A DNA stretch of 60,295 bases, filler included, from Sphacelaria rigidula (taxonomy: Eukaryota), in NCBI GenBank assembly GCA_964200075.2. It is 8 parts of 8 records of this genome, joined end to end, with 100 filler letters (N's around TTAATTAATTAA, not from the genome) between each part and the next. Parts side by side here need not be neighbours in the genome. Positions count along the whole stretch, not along the records: positions 22,651 to 30,100 come from CAXNAA020014866.1; positions 30,201 to 37,649 come from CAXNAA020014867.1; positions 37,750 to 45,198 come from CAXNAA020014868.1; 5 more parts are not named here. The stretch is one strand, 5' to 3'. The number at the start of each line of letters is the position of its first letter. The first letter of the stretch is position 1. The translations under genes and the position numbers were made by a program. Below, piece after piece: positions 25,396 through 39,702 of this stretch. The notes below the pieces were generated by a model. That model worked only from the letters and a program-made list of their open reading frames with translations, did no database searches and was not told the origin of the DNA.

Positions 25396-28300
25396 TGAGA
25401 CTCGCGTTGGGTGACATGGATTCACCGGGAAACGACCGAAGCAGCGATATCATCCTTGTAGGGTGACGAGGAGTATGGGTCGCAGATTGCTCTGAGGTAC
25501 AACTACCATCTTGCCTTTACCTAGTACATACATACACACACCTGCACAGGATGTTGGTGCAAGTAAAGCTACCCAATATTTCCTCCATTGGTGGAATCGG
25601 TGCGATTTCTGGAACCCGTACGGCATTGAAGGTGTCTCGGAGACGATCGTACGTATCTCTTTGTTCGGCAGCAGCCAGTGACAAAGTAATGCAGTGCACA
25701 GCGTGCGTGCTGTTCGCAGTCAGAGGGAGAGGTCAACCAAGAACGAGCGCCGCCGAGATACAGGCAGGGGATAGGAATAGTGGGAATTGATTCAAGTCGC
25801 CTAGTACACCTGTTAGTTTCGCTGCTTTGCAGAGACATAGTAGGAGGAGCTACCGCGTAGATAGCAGTGCTAACAATATGGGGTGAGCGAGTGACGGAGA
25901 GGCTACAATGCAGAATTTGTTGGTGACGTCAAACACCGTTTTGATACGTCGACAGCTTGTTCATTATCTTATCTGGCAAGCACAACAACCCTGTTGACCG
26001 GTATGGCCTTTTGTGTGCCGTCCACAGGATGATTAGGTCTTAAACTCTTGTGGCCACGGCCAAGTAGAGAGAGACATCATGCTACGATACGCACCCCCAG
26101 TGCATATTACAAAGCCCCGGGTATCGCACGAGCACGTCGACGGCCAGCTTGCTGCTTTCCATCGCTCCCAGCATGTCCCCTTGCGCCTCCTTGAGCAACA
26201 CCAGGCAGCTGCGAGAGAGCGGCGTGAAGAAGCAGGACATGAAAAAGATCAACACCAAATAATGCATCGAACTTCAGAATGATTTCCCGCACGTTTTCCA
26301 AGTTAGTTCGACCAAATCCCTGGAACACATGAACAGACTTCACCCAAGAGTTGACAAGTACGATTTTCCACCAATAAAAGACTGCGAGAGTGGCCGTGGT
26401 TGCCTACTACCAACACAAACGACAGAGGCAGCGGCAACTCAGGAAGCCGCTACATATCGGAGTCGCGAGTTGGCGTGGTATTGTTCACCACCACCCTTGG
26501 GATATTTGAGACACAGATCACATGCCATCAGTGGTGCATGGTCCGTAGAGACTCCATGTCTAGCTAAGCGGCAGCAATGCACGCAGTCAACACCACAGGA
26601 TCCGGTCCGTGAAGCCAACACGCGAGACAGGTACGCACCCAGAGGCGACATCACTGATGTCCTTCACAACATCGTTGATACCGTATCTCCATCGTGACAT
26701 CTACTACTATCGCTCGAGAGCTCAGCAAGAATGTATCGCCCCTATTCAACCGCCTCAGCACTAGCCAAATACCTGCAGATTGTCAACACGCGCGAAGGAA
26801 ATCTCAAATCACTTACACGAGCTACCGCGGATCAGAGCAACTGCGGCCAGGTCGTGGACATGACACGTCGCCAAGGCTTCGCAGGACACCACTTAAACCC
26901 GACCGAGCAAACGGGCAACATTATCGTGGAACTCACCAACTGATCATGAGTCCACCGATACCCGTCTGAATCTCCATTCTGCATGCGCGCGAGAGCAAGA
27001 CCCAGGGCGCGACATATTGGAGAACCGTCGAGGACACAAACGACCGCGAGCACGCGCAAAACACAAAGGCACAGAGGAGCCAGAATGTCAAGCGGTACCA
27101 GTTGTGGAAATTCGACGCGCAACATTGGTAGATCACATTAAGAAGCAAAGTGTACATCCATGAGCTTTGAAAAACGTGTGAATACTGCTTTCTGAACAAG
27201 GAGTAGCGACTGGGGTGCCTGGCTCACTGAATTGAGAAATATCTACACAGGTATCTCTACGAAGGTCCTGGAGCAAATCACTCTTCATGGGTCATCTCGC
27301 CGCCACAAATGCATGGAGTCAAAAACGCATAGCTATACACAATCTACAGCACCACAAAAGAACGGAGACCTCGGCACTACAACACCAAGAGCGACTGCCG
27401 AGCATCCTACACAGATTCCGACATGTTTGTGCTCCTATTGATTCATTCATGACCTCCGAAAAAAATATATATACGCCGCAAACAACAGGGTTGTTTAGCT
27501 CTCGAGCTTCGCGTACCATCATTAATTACAAAAAACGCCACGAATCGCACTACAAACGCCACATACATACTCACCGTTTCACTGCTTGTTCAAGACCGTC
27601 AACGTGAGGGGTGGCCTCCTGCAGATATTGCGACAAAGCTGAACCTTCCGAATCTGCTGCGGACACCATCACCCCTGCTGCCCCAGATGGCAATACCTCG
27701 CCTTGTTGGCCTCCGCCCGACGCATCCGCATCCGTTCCCGGGGACAATGAGCAATCCTCACTCGCCCGATCTGCATCAACAAGGACTGCTTCAGACCGAT
27801 TCTGATGGGGAGCGCCCGTAGCAATTCCCGCTGACACGCCCATCACCACTGCTTGAGTTACCCGTCGTTCGGAGCTTAAGATGAACCGGAACAGGTCACC
27901 GTCGCTGAACATACAGCTGTGCTGCACCCGTGGATGGTTTTGTCGTGGTTACCATTATTTGAAATCGACCAGGCGGGGACAGGCACGGCAGCGAAAAAGA
28001 GGCAGCGAGGTGGGTGAGCAATCTGCTCATGTAATCACCGGCGATCCAATTAAGCTTTTGCTTTTTTACGCGTGCATATAATTTCGCACAAGACGGGGTT
28101 TCGCGCATAACCTCATGCGTTTTCTTAGAAATATACGTGTTTGGAGATTTCAGCAAAACAAAGGTATAAAGGCTAAGTTTTACGCATAACTTGGCGGATA
28201 TAGTACTCCAACGGGATTATGCACCCCATACCCCAGCACCTAGTGGCTGCTGACGGGTGCGCCATGTGGCGTGGCTCGTCGAGTCGTGGCGCTTGTGTTC

Positions 28301-29228
28301 GCAGTTGCTTTCCTTGAACTTTGTTGCGGGTCTGATATCGGCCATTGTGCTGTGTGTAAACTACTTTGTTAATGTGAAACTGATGAAAAAATATCATATT
28401 TTACATCAGACGTAGTCTTTTGCTTTCTATACGCATATATATATATATTTTCTTGTGCTGGAAGGTACATTTCGTGAGGGGTGCCACCAAGAGCCGCCTC
28501 AAGAAGGATGCGAAAAAGGCGCAGAAGTCGCGCATATTTCATAAATCAAAATGAGAATAAATCGGCACATAATTTTCACCTTTGAGCGTAAGGAAAAATG
28601 AAATGAAAAGCATATAGAAAAAGAAAGCGCATGAAGAGCAAAAGCCTAGATCCAATCCCGACTTCCCAAGTATGAATAGAGCACTATCCACGCTGCGTAC
28701 TGGTCAGCACTGGCCGAAAAGAGGCAGACATCCTGTCCCGTGCCGACGGAGGCGAGCCTCCGTGCCATTTGTATTTGTATTTATATTCGTGATATATCAC
28801 GTAAAACGAATGAAGCCGAGCAAACATCGATGCATGCCCCTGGACGTAACGACTCAATGCCTGTGCGCGTCTCCCTCTGAACCCTTCACCCTTCTTCTCA
28901 CTAGCATTTCTCGGTGAAACCGCAACGGACGTAATTTTGTCCACGTAACAGCGAACAAATGGAGAAGTTACAGAGGCGCGGCGAAGGACGCCGTTCACCG
29001 TTCAAGTGCGAACGAAGGAAGGGCGAAAATGATGGGGGAGGGTAACGTACCCACATCTGCGTCGGGGTCGGCAGGGGAGTGCGGACGCTGCAGAACAAGC
29101 GTATTGCGTCTGCATCGGCGTGGTCGTCGTGGAGGACCTTCGCATCTGTGGAGCATTTAACCATTTCGGCGAAGTCCTGAGCAGCAGCAGGAGTGTACGG
29201 CAGGGAAGTCGGGAGCAAGAGCGATTTC

Positions 29229-30100
<872 letters not shown>

Positions 30101-30419
30101 NNNNNNNNNNNNNNNNNNNNNNNNNNNNNNNNNNNNNNNNNNNNTTAATTAATTAANNNNNNNNNNNNNNNNNNNNNNNNNNNNNNNNNNNNNNNNNNNN
30201 GGTCCATCCGTGGTCTCATGATAGACGTACGTACCCAAGAAAGTCGAAACTGAAACACGCTTTGAGAAAAAAAAGGAACAGAATGAAAAAAAAAAAAAGT
30301 GAACAGAATGATATAGCAGACTAAGTCGTAACAAAAAAAGGGAATGAAAAAGTCAACACACAAGCAAAGCACAGAAAGAAATGGCCGACCAAAACAAAAC
30401 AAAAAAGGAAAAGAAGAGG

Positions 30420-30735
30420 CATTGACCAGTTAAATGGTACATAATGGTTTGGCCATCGAGCGGCGCACCCGCGAGCCAAAAATACGCCCTCGGCAGAGAG
30501 GGCCCCGCAGGAGGCGCCGTGCCGAAGGCACGTTTTTACGCGATTCGTTTTTACGCGATTAGGCTTCCCTAGAACTAAAACAAAAACGTTGAAATTGGGT
30601 CAATTTTCAAGGGCTGTGTGTAGCATACGTAGCCGGTGGTTTGAAACCATTATTCATTTTTTTCATATAACCATTACCATTATTACCAGTATAATGATAA
30701 TGGCCAGTTATAACTGGTACCATTTCCGAGCACTA
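30420..30735 (-). mobile_element. Truncated copy of the hAT MITE at 56430-56822
   Basis: Reverse complement matches the 56430 element and ends CATTTCCGAGCACTA. The other TIR is absent. Confidence 0.8.
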
Positions 30736-33361
30736 ATTTTGGGCTGAAGACAAAAAGCCAGGATGCACACAGCACTACATCTGCCGTACGCTGGGCGAGC
30801 GAGAATCTACTGCTTGCGATTGAAGCATAACGCACACAGTAATGTTGCTCTGGGTTGGTTGACTGAGCGCGGTGCGAAGGTGTCGTGGGCTGGATCCAAG
30901 GTTAAACCTAATGTATCGAGAACCGATATCCTCACAGGCCGTGACACAGCCAAAGAAATGCCAACGTTGTGCAAATACATCAAGTTCCGTCTTGACCAAC
31001 TGTCAGACCGCGAAGGTACTCCATCTGGATCATGCATACTTGTATTCAAGTGAAATTAATGTCGGTTCCACACATGACTTACTCCACTCTCGCCGTCCAA
31101 GGGTTAAACTTATTGGTATTGGCAATGAAAAAGTGCGGATTTTGAGGTGCTGTTTTTTTTAAGGACCTGTGGTTGACTGTTTGCAGCTTCCACGCAGCAC
31201 GATTTTGCCCAAGGCGTTTTTTTCAGACCCGCGCGAGTTCCAACTGCCGGTGAATCGTGTCAATATCGCACCTCAATCCTTCCACGTGTGGTGAGGCGAT
31301 TTCTGTGTGCTCAGCCGTGCTGCTTTGTTTCTGTGATGCCAAGTGTTGGGCGGGTACGACCTCCGGACTGCAGCACAGCAATGCTGCGGTGGGGTGCGTC
31401 ACCTATATAAAAGGGTGTTCCAGTGCCACACGGGACTATATATATATATATATATAATATACACGTGATGCTGATTTTTGTTTCATGAAATTCAGAGGCC
31501 GCGGGGCTGATTTTTGCTGTGTGCACAAAGGTTGAACACACTTGACCCGTCGCATATACTCATTGGATAAAACTAAGATTAGTTAGGGCAAATAAAATCG
31601 TGAGTCAACTCATGTTCATCATTTTGACGAATGAATTATACGGGTCATACATCATTTGTAATTCATACAGGTTTTGAGCTATTGTGTCGTGCAGTGCACC
31701 GTCAACGGCACCTGTTTCCTACCCTTTGGGTCATACGGGGTAGGTCATGAACACATGTTGACCCCCTGAAGAAAAACGCGGAATGGATCGGTTGTACATG
31801 CCACCCACACTTACCATGAGGCGTGAATGACATCTACATCTGTGTCATGCGTATGTCTCCGTGCGGGACGAAGAGTCGGCACATCGTCGAATCCTGTCAT
31901 GACATGGGTTTTGCATCGGTCGTACTTTTCTCCCAATATGTTTGCGGTTGAGATGACCGTGCTGCATATATTATTCACCGTTGGGTGCATGCGGGACCAA
32001 CGCTTGAATACAGGTTGACCGCTGTCATGTCGTCAGGAGTCAACTCGTACAAATCTTGATTTGTCCTAAACGTGAACTAAACCAAGCGCACCGCGGCGAC
32101 ATTTTTGGTGTGAGCATGACGTATGTCGGTGGATTATTCTGCGGTCTTCCGCCGTAAGAATGAGCGTTGCCGGCATTTTCTCTTCCCGGCTCTCCTTCTT
32201 CGTCAGCGCTTGAAATAATGAGGCGTCTGGACCGGGGACGAGAGGTGAGGGTTCCCAAAAGGTTTAAACTTCGCGCGTCTTGGTGTTGCTCGTCCCCTAC
32301 TGAAGCCATGTCCGTGACCTGGAGCCTCCTTGTAGTGAAAGCCAGTACTGATAGGAAACGGGTCAATCTCTTTCGTGCGACAAGTCACGGGTCTTTACCG
32401 CCACTCTAATACTGCTGGGGGGGGGGGGGGGGGGGAAGAAAATTGGGAAAAAAGAAAACCAAATAAACCCACCAGGGGGGGGGGGCGGGTGTTGGTCGGT
32501 TGCGGNNNNNNNNNNGACCTCGCAACATTTTTACTGCCTTAGTTTTCTCGTGCCAGAGTCCCCGCGCTGCTTCCCCCCCCTGCGTTGGGCGGGGGGGGGG
32601 GGGGGGGGGGGGGCAATGAAATGTTGGAACATGTCATCCAATTTACACCAGCCTCGTTGGCAGGCTTGTGTTGATCGGTTCCGGGCGATATTCGTGGTAA
32701 AGTTTGGAAAATTCTGGAATATTTATTGGGCGCTTGGTGCGTGTGATTGACCGAATGGTGTGTGCAACAGACAACCCGGCATGCATTTTTTGTATACGTG
32801 TGATTGACTCGTGAAAGTAGGGACAAACAGTGGGCAAGGCAATGCCTGTCGAACGTTCCCGCTATAATATCAAGGTTGCCATCTTGCAGGTGGATGATGG
32901 GGTGGACCACCCCCCGGTACTCGAGGCTTGACGCGTCGCTTCTCTCTGAAACTACGACAGCTACAAAGCTAAGACTTCGGGTTTCGCAAGAGAAGCTGTT
33001 CAATATTTTTCAGTGACTACAAGGCTTCTGACAAAAATTATGTTTTCGAGGTTACAGTGCCTTTCTGCCGGAGAAAATCGAGGTCATCATCGCCTAGACA
33101 GGGGGTGTTATTCTCCGTTTTTTCTTTTTCCTCGAAGGGAGGAGGAAACCTCACTCAACGTTTACCCCATACGGGTTCGTGTGCCAATTACCCTGAATCT
33201 CGGCTAGACCATCTCGCAGCAGTCATATGGGGTAGGGGTAGGCGCCTCGAGCAACCAACCCTTCTTAGCCGTCACTTGCTGCGCTATGGGATGCTCTGAT
33301 TAAGGCATGTCTTTGTGCTACGACTCATATTTCAAGCAGCAGGACCGGAAAAAACACTTAC

Positions 33362-33664
33362 AAGAGCAGAGAATACCGCCATACCAGCCATCCTTTTCCC
33401 ATCTCCCTCCCCTCCAGTTGGCCCTCTTTCTGCAGTCTGCATGGTTGCATCAGCTTGCGAAGTAGCAGCGTCAGCTGCGGACATAGACCTTATCACAAAA
33501 TTCCTGGAACCGGCCATACCATGTAGCGCAATCGGTATTGGGTTGACCCGTTGCTTTGTCGCTGTTGCCACCGCTGACAACGAAGAAGCTTTTGGTAGGC
33601 CTGACAGAATCCTTTGCCGGCATCTTACCTGTCGGCATAGGATAGACGCAATACTTGCGCTCAT
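33362..33664 (-). CDS. Candidate first exon of an organelle-targeted protein
   Basis: ATG-initiated 101 codons with an Arg/Ser/Ala-rich N-terminus lacking acidic residues. Ends at the consensus donor CTT|GTAAGT. Confidence 0.4.
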
Positions 33665-34144
33665 CAGACTGGCAAGACTTGCACGCAGCTACTGCTGGTT
33701 GGGGTGCAGCTCGAGAGTGCATAATCCTGGTGCGGCGTATAGACTGCATCGGGTACACAATACTATGTATCTTTTCCAGTTAAACAAAATGATGCAATTT
33801 ATCGTGAAAAGGAGACCGTAAGAACACCTCAAACTGGCGCCATATGTTGATTATAAAATTTTGCGGGAGTACAGGTGGTTATGGTGTGTAATCGATTCTT
33901 CTGCCTCCTCTCTCGCTAGGTTTATGCTGCCCTTGGACACGGATCTGAACATAGGAGGGGCGAACGAATGTGGTAAATATGAAAATAACGACAAACTTTG
34001 TACGCGTGGCATTGATTCAGCAAGATAGTTTACTTCCCTCCACAGCTGTGTCGCCAGATTGGGCTGCGTACTATCTCTGGAATGACATCTCCCTGTTTCG
34101 GCGACCACCTGTCATTGGGAATTCATCCCATCCAGACGGCGGAC

Positions 34145-34420
34145 ATGCACACGATGCAACAGGACGGGTGTGTAGCTGCTACTGCTATGGTCTCCGCTGA
34201 TGCAGGCGGGAGCGACGCAACAGCGACAGCAGCCAAGCTAGGCTCAGCAGCGATGTCAAACCATGGGAACGATGGCGGTGATGCTGCGACTGCTGTTGCG
34301 GTTGTGCCCCTGTTACAGTCGCTCACCTCGAAAGACAACAGCACGCGTAACGTGGCCGAGCAAGCTTTCAATGACCTCAAGGACGGTCATCCCGAGGCTT
34401 TGATCTATGGGCTGCTGGAG
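34145..34420 (+). CDS. IPO5: Importin-5-like (karyopherin beta-3/Kap121 family), first exon
   Basis: LLQSLTSKDNSTRNVAEQAFNDLKDGHPEALIYGLLE resembles the importin-beta family N-terminal helix pair. Donor GAG|GTAAC at 34421. Start codon uncertain. Confidence 0.7.
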
Positions 34421-35705
34421 GTAACGGTACTACCATCGTTTGGTGTTGTGTGTTTGGTGTTGTGTGTTTCCGGGTGGTTGTTGGAGGGTGTCTGAAATCT
34501 TGAACCTCACTTCAACGAATCCGGCCTCACCAGCGGCTGCGAAGGCCGCACGCACCGCAGCAGAGCTCAAGCCGGGACAGCACGGTGCACTTTAAAACAT
34601 TTGTTGGCTGCTTGGTATCTACACCCGCAGCGTTGAGAAATTGGCGGCCGTGGCTTCACTGTTGTTCTTGTTAAGCTGGGGCTCATGTACACTTGAATCA
34701 CGAGTCTGTGGTGATGCTGTATCTCTTGGTCCCAGCAGCAGACGCACACCGGAGTTTGTACCGACGGTTGCGTCCACACACGCCCCCCCCCTCTCGACCA
34801 CCAAAACCATATACCTTCCCACTAAGTACATAAACAACGATCAACTACCGCTGCCTCCGTGGTCTGCATCTACACCTCCCCTGAATTTGCTGATAGCTTT
34901 GTTCTGCGTATGCAACCCATCTCCGCCTGTTTCTTCTGTCTGCGTCCATCTTTGTTATTGCACCCGCTCCATGTCGTCGTGTCAGTTATTCATAAACGCA
35001 CTGAATGCATTGATTCAATACAACAGTCGTTACAAACATACAGTACATTATTTGGTTTTGAACAGTATACTCTCATTTTCGCCGCGCTGTATGTTCATAC
35101 TCGTACAAGTAATATTTTCACAATCTCACAAACCGTTTCACCCATTTTTGGCAAGTAAACTTGCAAGCAATTTTTCTACACTTGAAATATGGAAAACGAA
35201 ATACGCTCCAGATATCCCTTGACCTCGTACGCTTTACCGGTGCGTTCGGGGGTACGGGTGTGTTTGGTGAAGAGGGAGACTCTCAGTAAATCATGCAGTT
35301 CTGTAGTGGCTCGTGTGTCTAGCTTCCTCCTTTAGAAGGAACAAGAAACCAAATCATTTCACAACCTTCTCGGGGGGCGGAAGGCATTTTCGATGTTGGA
35401 TGATTTTTGCCAGGAGTGCCCTAGGTGTGCGTTTTCTGCTCACGTTTCTCCGCTGCGGGCTTGTTACAAGCACCCAGGGTGTACCAGCACCCAATGCTCA
35501 ACACATGTATACAACAAGTGTATGTATCAGAATCCACAGGTGTAACAAATGTTGATGGGTCAGTTCACCACTACAAGTAAAGGGCTGATGGATAACAGAG
35601 CGCAACAACAGTTAGATGTGATACACGAACTCGTACGCAAGTCGTACCGTCTTTTTATTTTCGATATTTGCGTGTTTGGTCTATGGAGGGCTCCACGCGT
35701 CCTTA

Positions 35706-35875
35706 GGCCAACTTTTGTGGGAGCGTTTGAATTTTTATTTTGCTATAATTTTAAACGACTTTTTTTTTTGTCGTAGTTGTGTATTTTGTGTCCGTTCACC
35801 ATGATGACAAAGAAAAAAAAAATCCTCGGAAATTGTTGCGAAATATATTTTCAAACGCCTCCATTAGAGTTGGCC
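35706..35875. mobile_element. Short Harbinger-type MITE
   Basis: TTA|GGCCAACTTTTGTGGGAGCGTTTGAA ... TTCAAACGCCTCCATTAGAGTTGGCC|TTA. Confidence 0.75.
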
Positions 35876-35878
35876 TTA

Positions 35879-36823
35879 GACCGACTCTAAAAGGATCTGT
35901 TAAACATTTCTGTTCAAATCTGCCTTTTTGGCCCGTCTCCATCGTTTTATGCCTGAAAAGGGTGCTAGGCGGATGTTGACGCCTTGAAACGACTTGCTGT
36001 ACTCACTGAGACCGTTCCAGGACAACTTTCCATTTCCAGCTGGCCGCACGTGTATTTTTGGTCATATATGGATATTCATTACGATCAAGCGATCAAAAAG
36101 AGGCGGAAGTTTTGAATTTTGATCATCTGATCGTTTTTTACTGAAAATCCGTGGTTGGCCTGATTTGGCCAAAAACGAAAGTGGGGCCAGCGGGAAATGC
36201 AAAGTTGCCCTAGAACGGTCTCAGCGAGTAAAGCAAGTAATTCCAAAGCGTCAACATCCGCCTAGCCCTTTTTTCGGGCGTGAATCGACGGAGAAGGGCC
36301 CAAAAGGCAGTTTTCGACAGGAATTTTGAACGGGTCCCATTAGGCTACTTCTTATTTATAAACAACTAAAACTCATCAAAAAGTGCATTTTGGCCCTCCT
36401 CCATCGTTTTTCCCCCGAGAAGAGAGCTAGGCGTATGTTGACACCTTGGAATGACTTGCTCTACTCGCTGAGGCCATTCCGGAGCACCTTTGCGTTTTCC
36501 GTAAGTCACGGTTTCGTTTTCGACCAAACTTTCATTTTCAATATCAAACGGTCAAGGTCCCAAAAAAAGTCAACTTCCCCCCTGTTTTTTGATACCTTGA
36601 CCTTTTGATATTGAAAATGAAAGTTTGGCCAAAAACGAAACCGTTACCTACGGAAAACGCAAAGGTGCTCTGGAACCGTCCCAGCGAGTAGAGCAAGTCA
36701 TTCCACGGTGTCAACATCCACCCAGCCCTCTCGTCAGGAGAAAAACGATGGAGATGATCCAAAAATGCACTTTTCAACAAGTTTTATTTTTTTTATATAT
36801 AAGAAGTAGCCTTAGAGTTGGCT
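35879..36823. mobile_element. Harbinger-type foldback MITE whose right TIR is split by a nested MITE
   Basis: Left end GACCGACTCTAA. Right end GGGTCCCATTA [insert] GAGTTGGC. Arms are inverted and related to 24911-25395. Confidence 0.75.
36343..36811. mobile_element. Harbinger-type foldback MITE (nested)
   Basis: TTA|GGCTACTTCTTAT ... ATAAGAAGTAGCC|TTA with long inverted arms. Confidence 0.88.
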
Positions 36824-37240
36824 TCACCATTAGACTACGGTGCGGGTAGTCCATCTGGATGATGCATATTTTTTTCAAGTAAATATTGATGCCGATTCAG
36901 CAGGTGACCTACCCTCGTGATGAACGGGTTAATATTATATCGTCCAATGTTTAACCGACCCTTTGACCGCGGGAGAATCTTCTGGCTATGCTCTAATTCT
37001 TCAAGTGAAATTGATGTTGATTCCACGGATGACTTGAACCCGCGGCCAAACGGTCGGTAGGTGGTCGCGTAAGGCTTGAGGCGCACTATCGCTTTTTCCT
37101 CATTTGCAGTCATTGTACGTGTTTCGTTTTATTATTTTCCTCTAAAAGAAAGAGGAAACCTCTCCCACCACTCACCTTGAGAATGGCCTCGTCTGCCGAT
37201 TTCCTGGAGGGTCGGCGAGACCGCCTAATGGTAGTCATGT

Positions 37241-37363
37241 GGGGTAGGCGTATGGAGCGTTCGGAAAGATTTCACAACTTTAGACAACATGTGTTCAAAA
37301 GAGGGGTAGGCGTCTCGAGCGTTCGGAAAGATTCCACAACTTTTAGACAAGATATGGTCAAAA
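37241..37363 (+). repeat. ~62-bp tandem duplication of a dispersed repeat motif
   Basis: GGGGTAGGCGT...GAGCGTTCGGAAAGATT.CACAACTTT.AGACAA x2. The motif also occurs at ~33235 (+) and ~19505-19529 (-). Confidence 0.8.
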
Positions 37364-38257
37364 TTTGCAATAGACAAGCAATTTATACTGCGTTAATTCT
37401 AGGCCTGCCGACACATACTCGCAGTGTGCCCTACACTTTTCGCAGTGTAGATCTTGTTTACTACTGTATCATTATTGCAACTGTTGACCATATACTTCCT
37501 CTGTTTTTTAAGTCTGGGAACCCATCTTAGTACGAGCCCTTAACGGTTTCCGTGATTTTTAATTTTTTATTGCATTCGTTGGCGTTTTTTGAGCTAAAAA
37601 CAACACCCTTTCTACAATGTGGGTGCTCGACGCGTGCAGTCTCGCGGTCNNNNNNNNNNNNNNNNNNNNNNNNNNNNNNNNNNNNNNNNNNNNTTAATTA
37701 ATTAANNNNNNNNNNNNNNNNNNNNNNNNNNNNNNNNNNNNNNNNNNNNATACGTCTGCGTCATGACCATAAGTTCTTACAAAACCTGGATCGTCCGTCA
37801 AACGTAGAGATAGAGGAGCCGTCGACATGCTAAGAGCAAATAAATGTCTCTAAAACAGAGACTTGCGGTATGTCGAAGCAAAATTGTACTCGACCTGGCT
37901 CACGGCTGCGGCATAAACGAGGGTACCCGCAAGCAACAGAAGCACCACCACTATAAACAGTACAGCGCCACATGAAAGGTTGCACTACTGTAACTGCTAC
38001 GACTTGGATGGTCTGCAACGCGCCACCGTTGGGTGCTGGTGGTAGTCGGTGCACACTTGAAGGAGAAGACTGCGTGACGGTGTACAACGACGTGTTCAAT
38101 CCGTAGTGAGTGCATGCGTGCTGACGAAAAATACACCTCTTGACATGTACACGAGACGAAATGAGTGATGAATGATTTGTGCACAATTTCCCGACCTCCC
38201 GTTCCTGTGTAGGTCTCGCAAGAACTTGTTTTAGCATAAATATACTGGACAGTAACC

Positions 38258-38612
38258 GCCCGCCGCCCCGGTGACTAAGTTGGTAACCTCGAAACCGTCT
38301 GACGGTTGGGTCGTGGATTCAAATCTCGGAGCGATCTGGGATTTTTTTTCATACAATGCCCAACAACGGACAGCGACTACATTGTGTCATGGGTACACAA
38401 AATTCGACTTAACGGTCGACGAGGGAAAGGGATTGCCGATTCCTTCTCGCGATGAAAAATAAAGGCAAGCACCGCAGAAGGAAGGTGGAGTGCTAAAAAC
38501 AAACGAAAAAGAAAAAACTCCTGTGTTAACCTCCCTCCTGTGTGACCCCGGCTTGTGCGCCCACATATACCGGAAGGTGTAGACCGGCGTCCAGAATAGA
38601 TGGGACGACAAC
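38258..38612 (+). mobile_element. tRNA-derived SINE, family 1, full length with TSD
   Basis: A- and B-box-like head. Flanks ACTGGACAGTAAC (38244-38256) and ACTGGACGGAAAC (38613-38625) match 11/13. Confidence 0.88.
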
Positions 38613-38798
38613 ACTGGACGGAAACTAGCAACGAATCAACCACACCTGCATACGAAAACGCAATTTGAACTCGTCAGGAAAGATGAGCTGAACTCGGAAA
38701 TTCTCATGTGCGAATGACCCGGCTGCAAAGATCACATGAACCTCGCAGCCAGAGGATTTAAGCGCGCTGCAAAAGCAAAACGGAAAAATAAGACCAAC

Positions 38799-39702
38799 CT
38801 GTTGGAGGCACTGCGGAGAATGCTCCATCATTCCGAGGAGGCAATCCATGAGGTTGCCCACGCGAAGTCGGCGCCATGGGCGCCTGAATGGGAGAGTCAC
38901 AGGGGGTTCGTTGGTTGCTGCCGCTCACGCAGCCGGGGTTGCTAGCAAACGTGTTCATTCGCATGATGCCATCACCGAATCGCGGGTCGTTACTGCTGAC
39001 ACTGTAGTCGTTCATGTGTTGGTCGGTATTATATTGGTGTTGGGACGAGCTGTTGTTGTTGCTCCTGCCGCGCTGATGACCATAATCGCCATGTTGGCCG
39101 TCGTCCTGCACGTGGTTGTTGACGTCACGATATTGGTACTGCCCGCCGTGACGTATCGCGCCGTTGCTTCTGTTGTACGACCCGTGCAAACCTCCTCCGT
39201 GTACTTCAGCGAACGGTCCATAATTTTCCTCGTGTTGGTGGAATCCGTCGTCGGGACTCTTCGACACATGACCTTTGGACGGCTCAACCATCGGCTTCAT
39301 CGCCGCTTCGCCTGCCAGATCATTATCAGATGATGATACTTCTGTTGGGCTCTCGCCCACGTTGCTCCCGTTCGCTGCTGTTCCTGCCGCTTCGGTGTAA
39401 TTCTGGAGATTTGTAACTGGCACGTTTTGCGGAACGCCTTCCGTTCCTTTCCGTCCCACCGATGCGTCATTCACGTCTTGCCGAACAACTACTGCTTCAG
39501 CTACAGGGGTTACTGGATACTCCAACTGGAACGAATTCCGCCGCAATAGGGAAGATGGCCGCCCGCCGCCCGGGTCCTGCGCGAGTGTCTCGGCCAACGG
39601 TCGCTGGTGCCTCCTGCTGATAGTGCTGCCTGAGATGTCGCTGGTAGCGCGCTTGAGGGGCGGACTCCGCGTTCCCTGGGTTGTGCGAAGCGGAGTGGTC
39701 AT
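38799..39702 (-). CDS. Large exon of an uncharacterised, probably disordered protein
   Basis: Open frame of ~300 codons with S/G/N/H/Q-rich composition. Donor CAG|GTTGGT near its end. Confidence 0.6.

Noticed and set aside
32040..32320. Second exon for the 33362-33664 candidate gene
   Set aside because: Phase-compatible acceptor, but no convincing donor or homology.
38540..38612. HDV-like ribozyme in the SINE tail (ends ATGGGAC)
   Set aside because: I could not build the nested double pseudoknot. A simple long hairpin explains the pairing.
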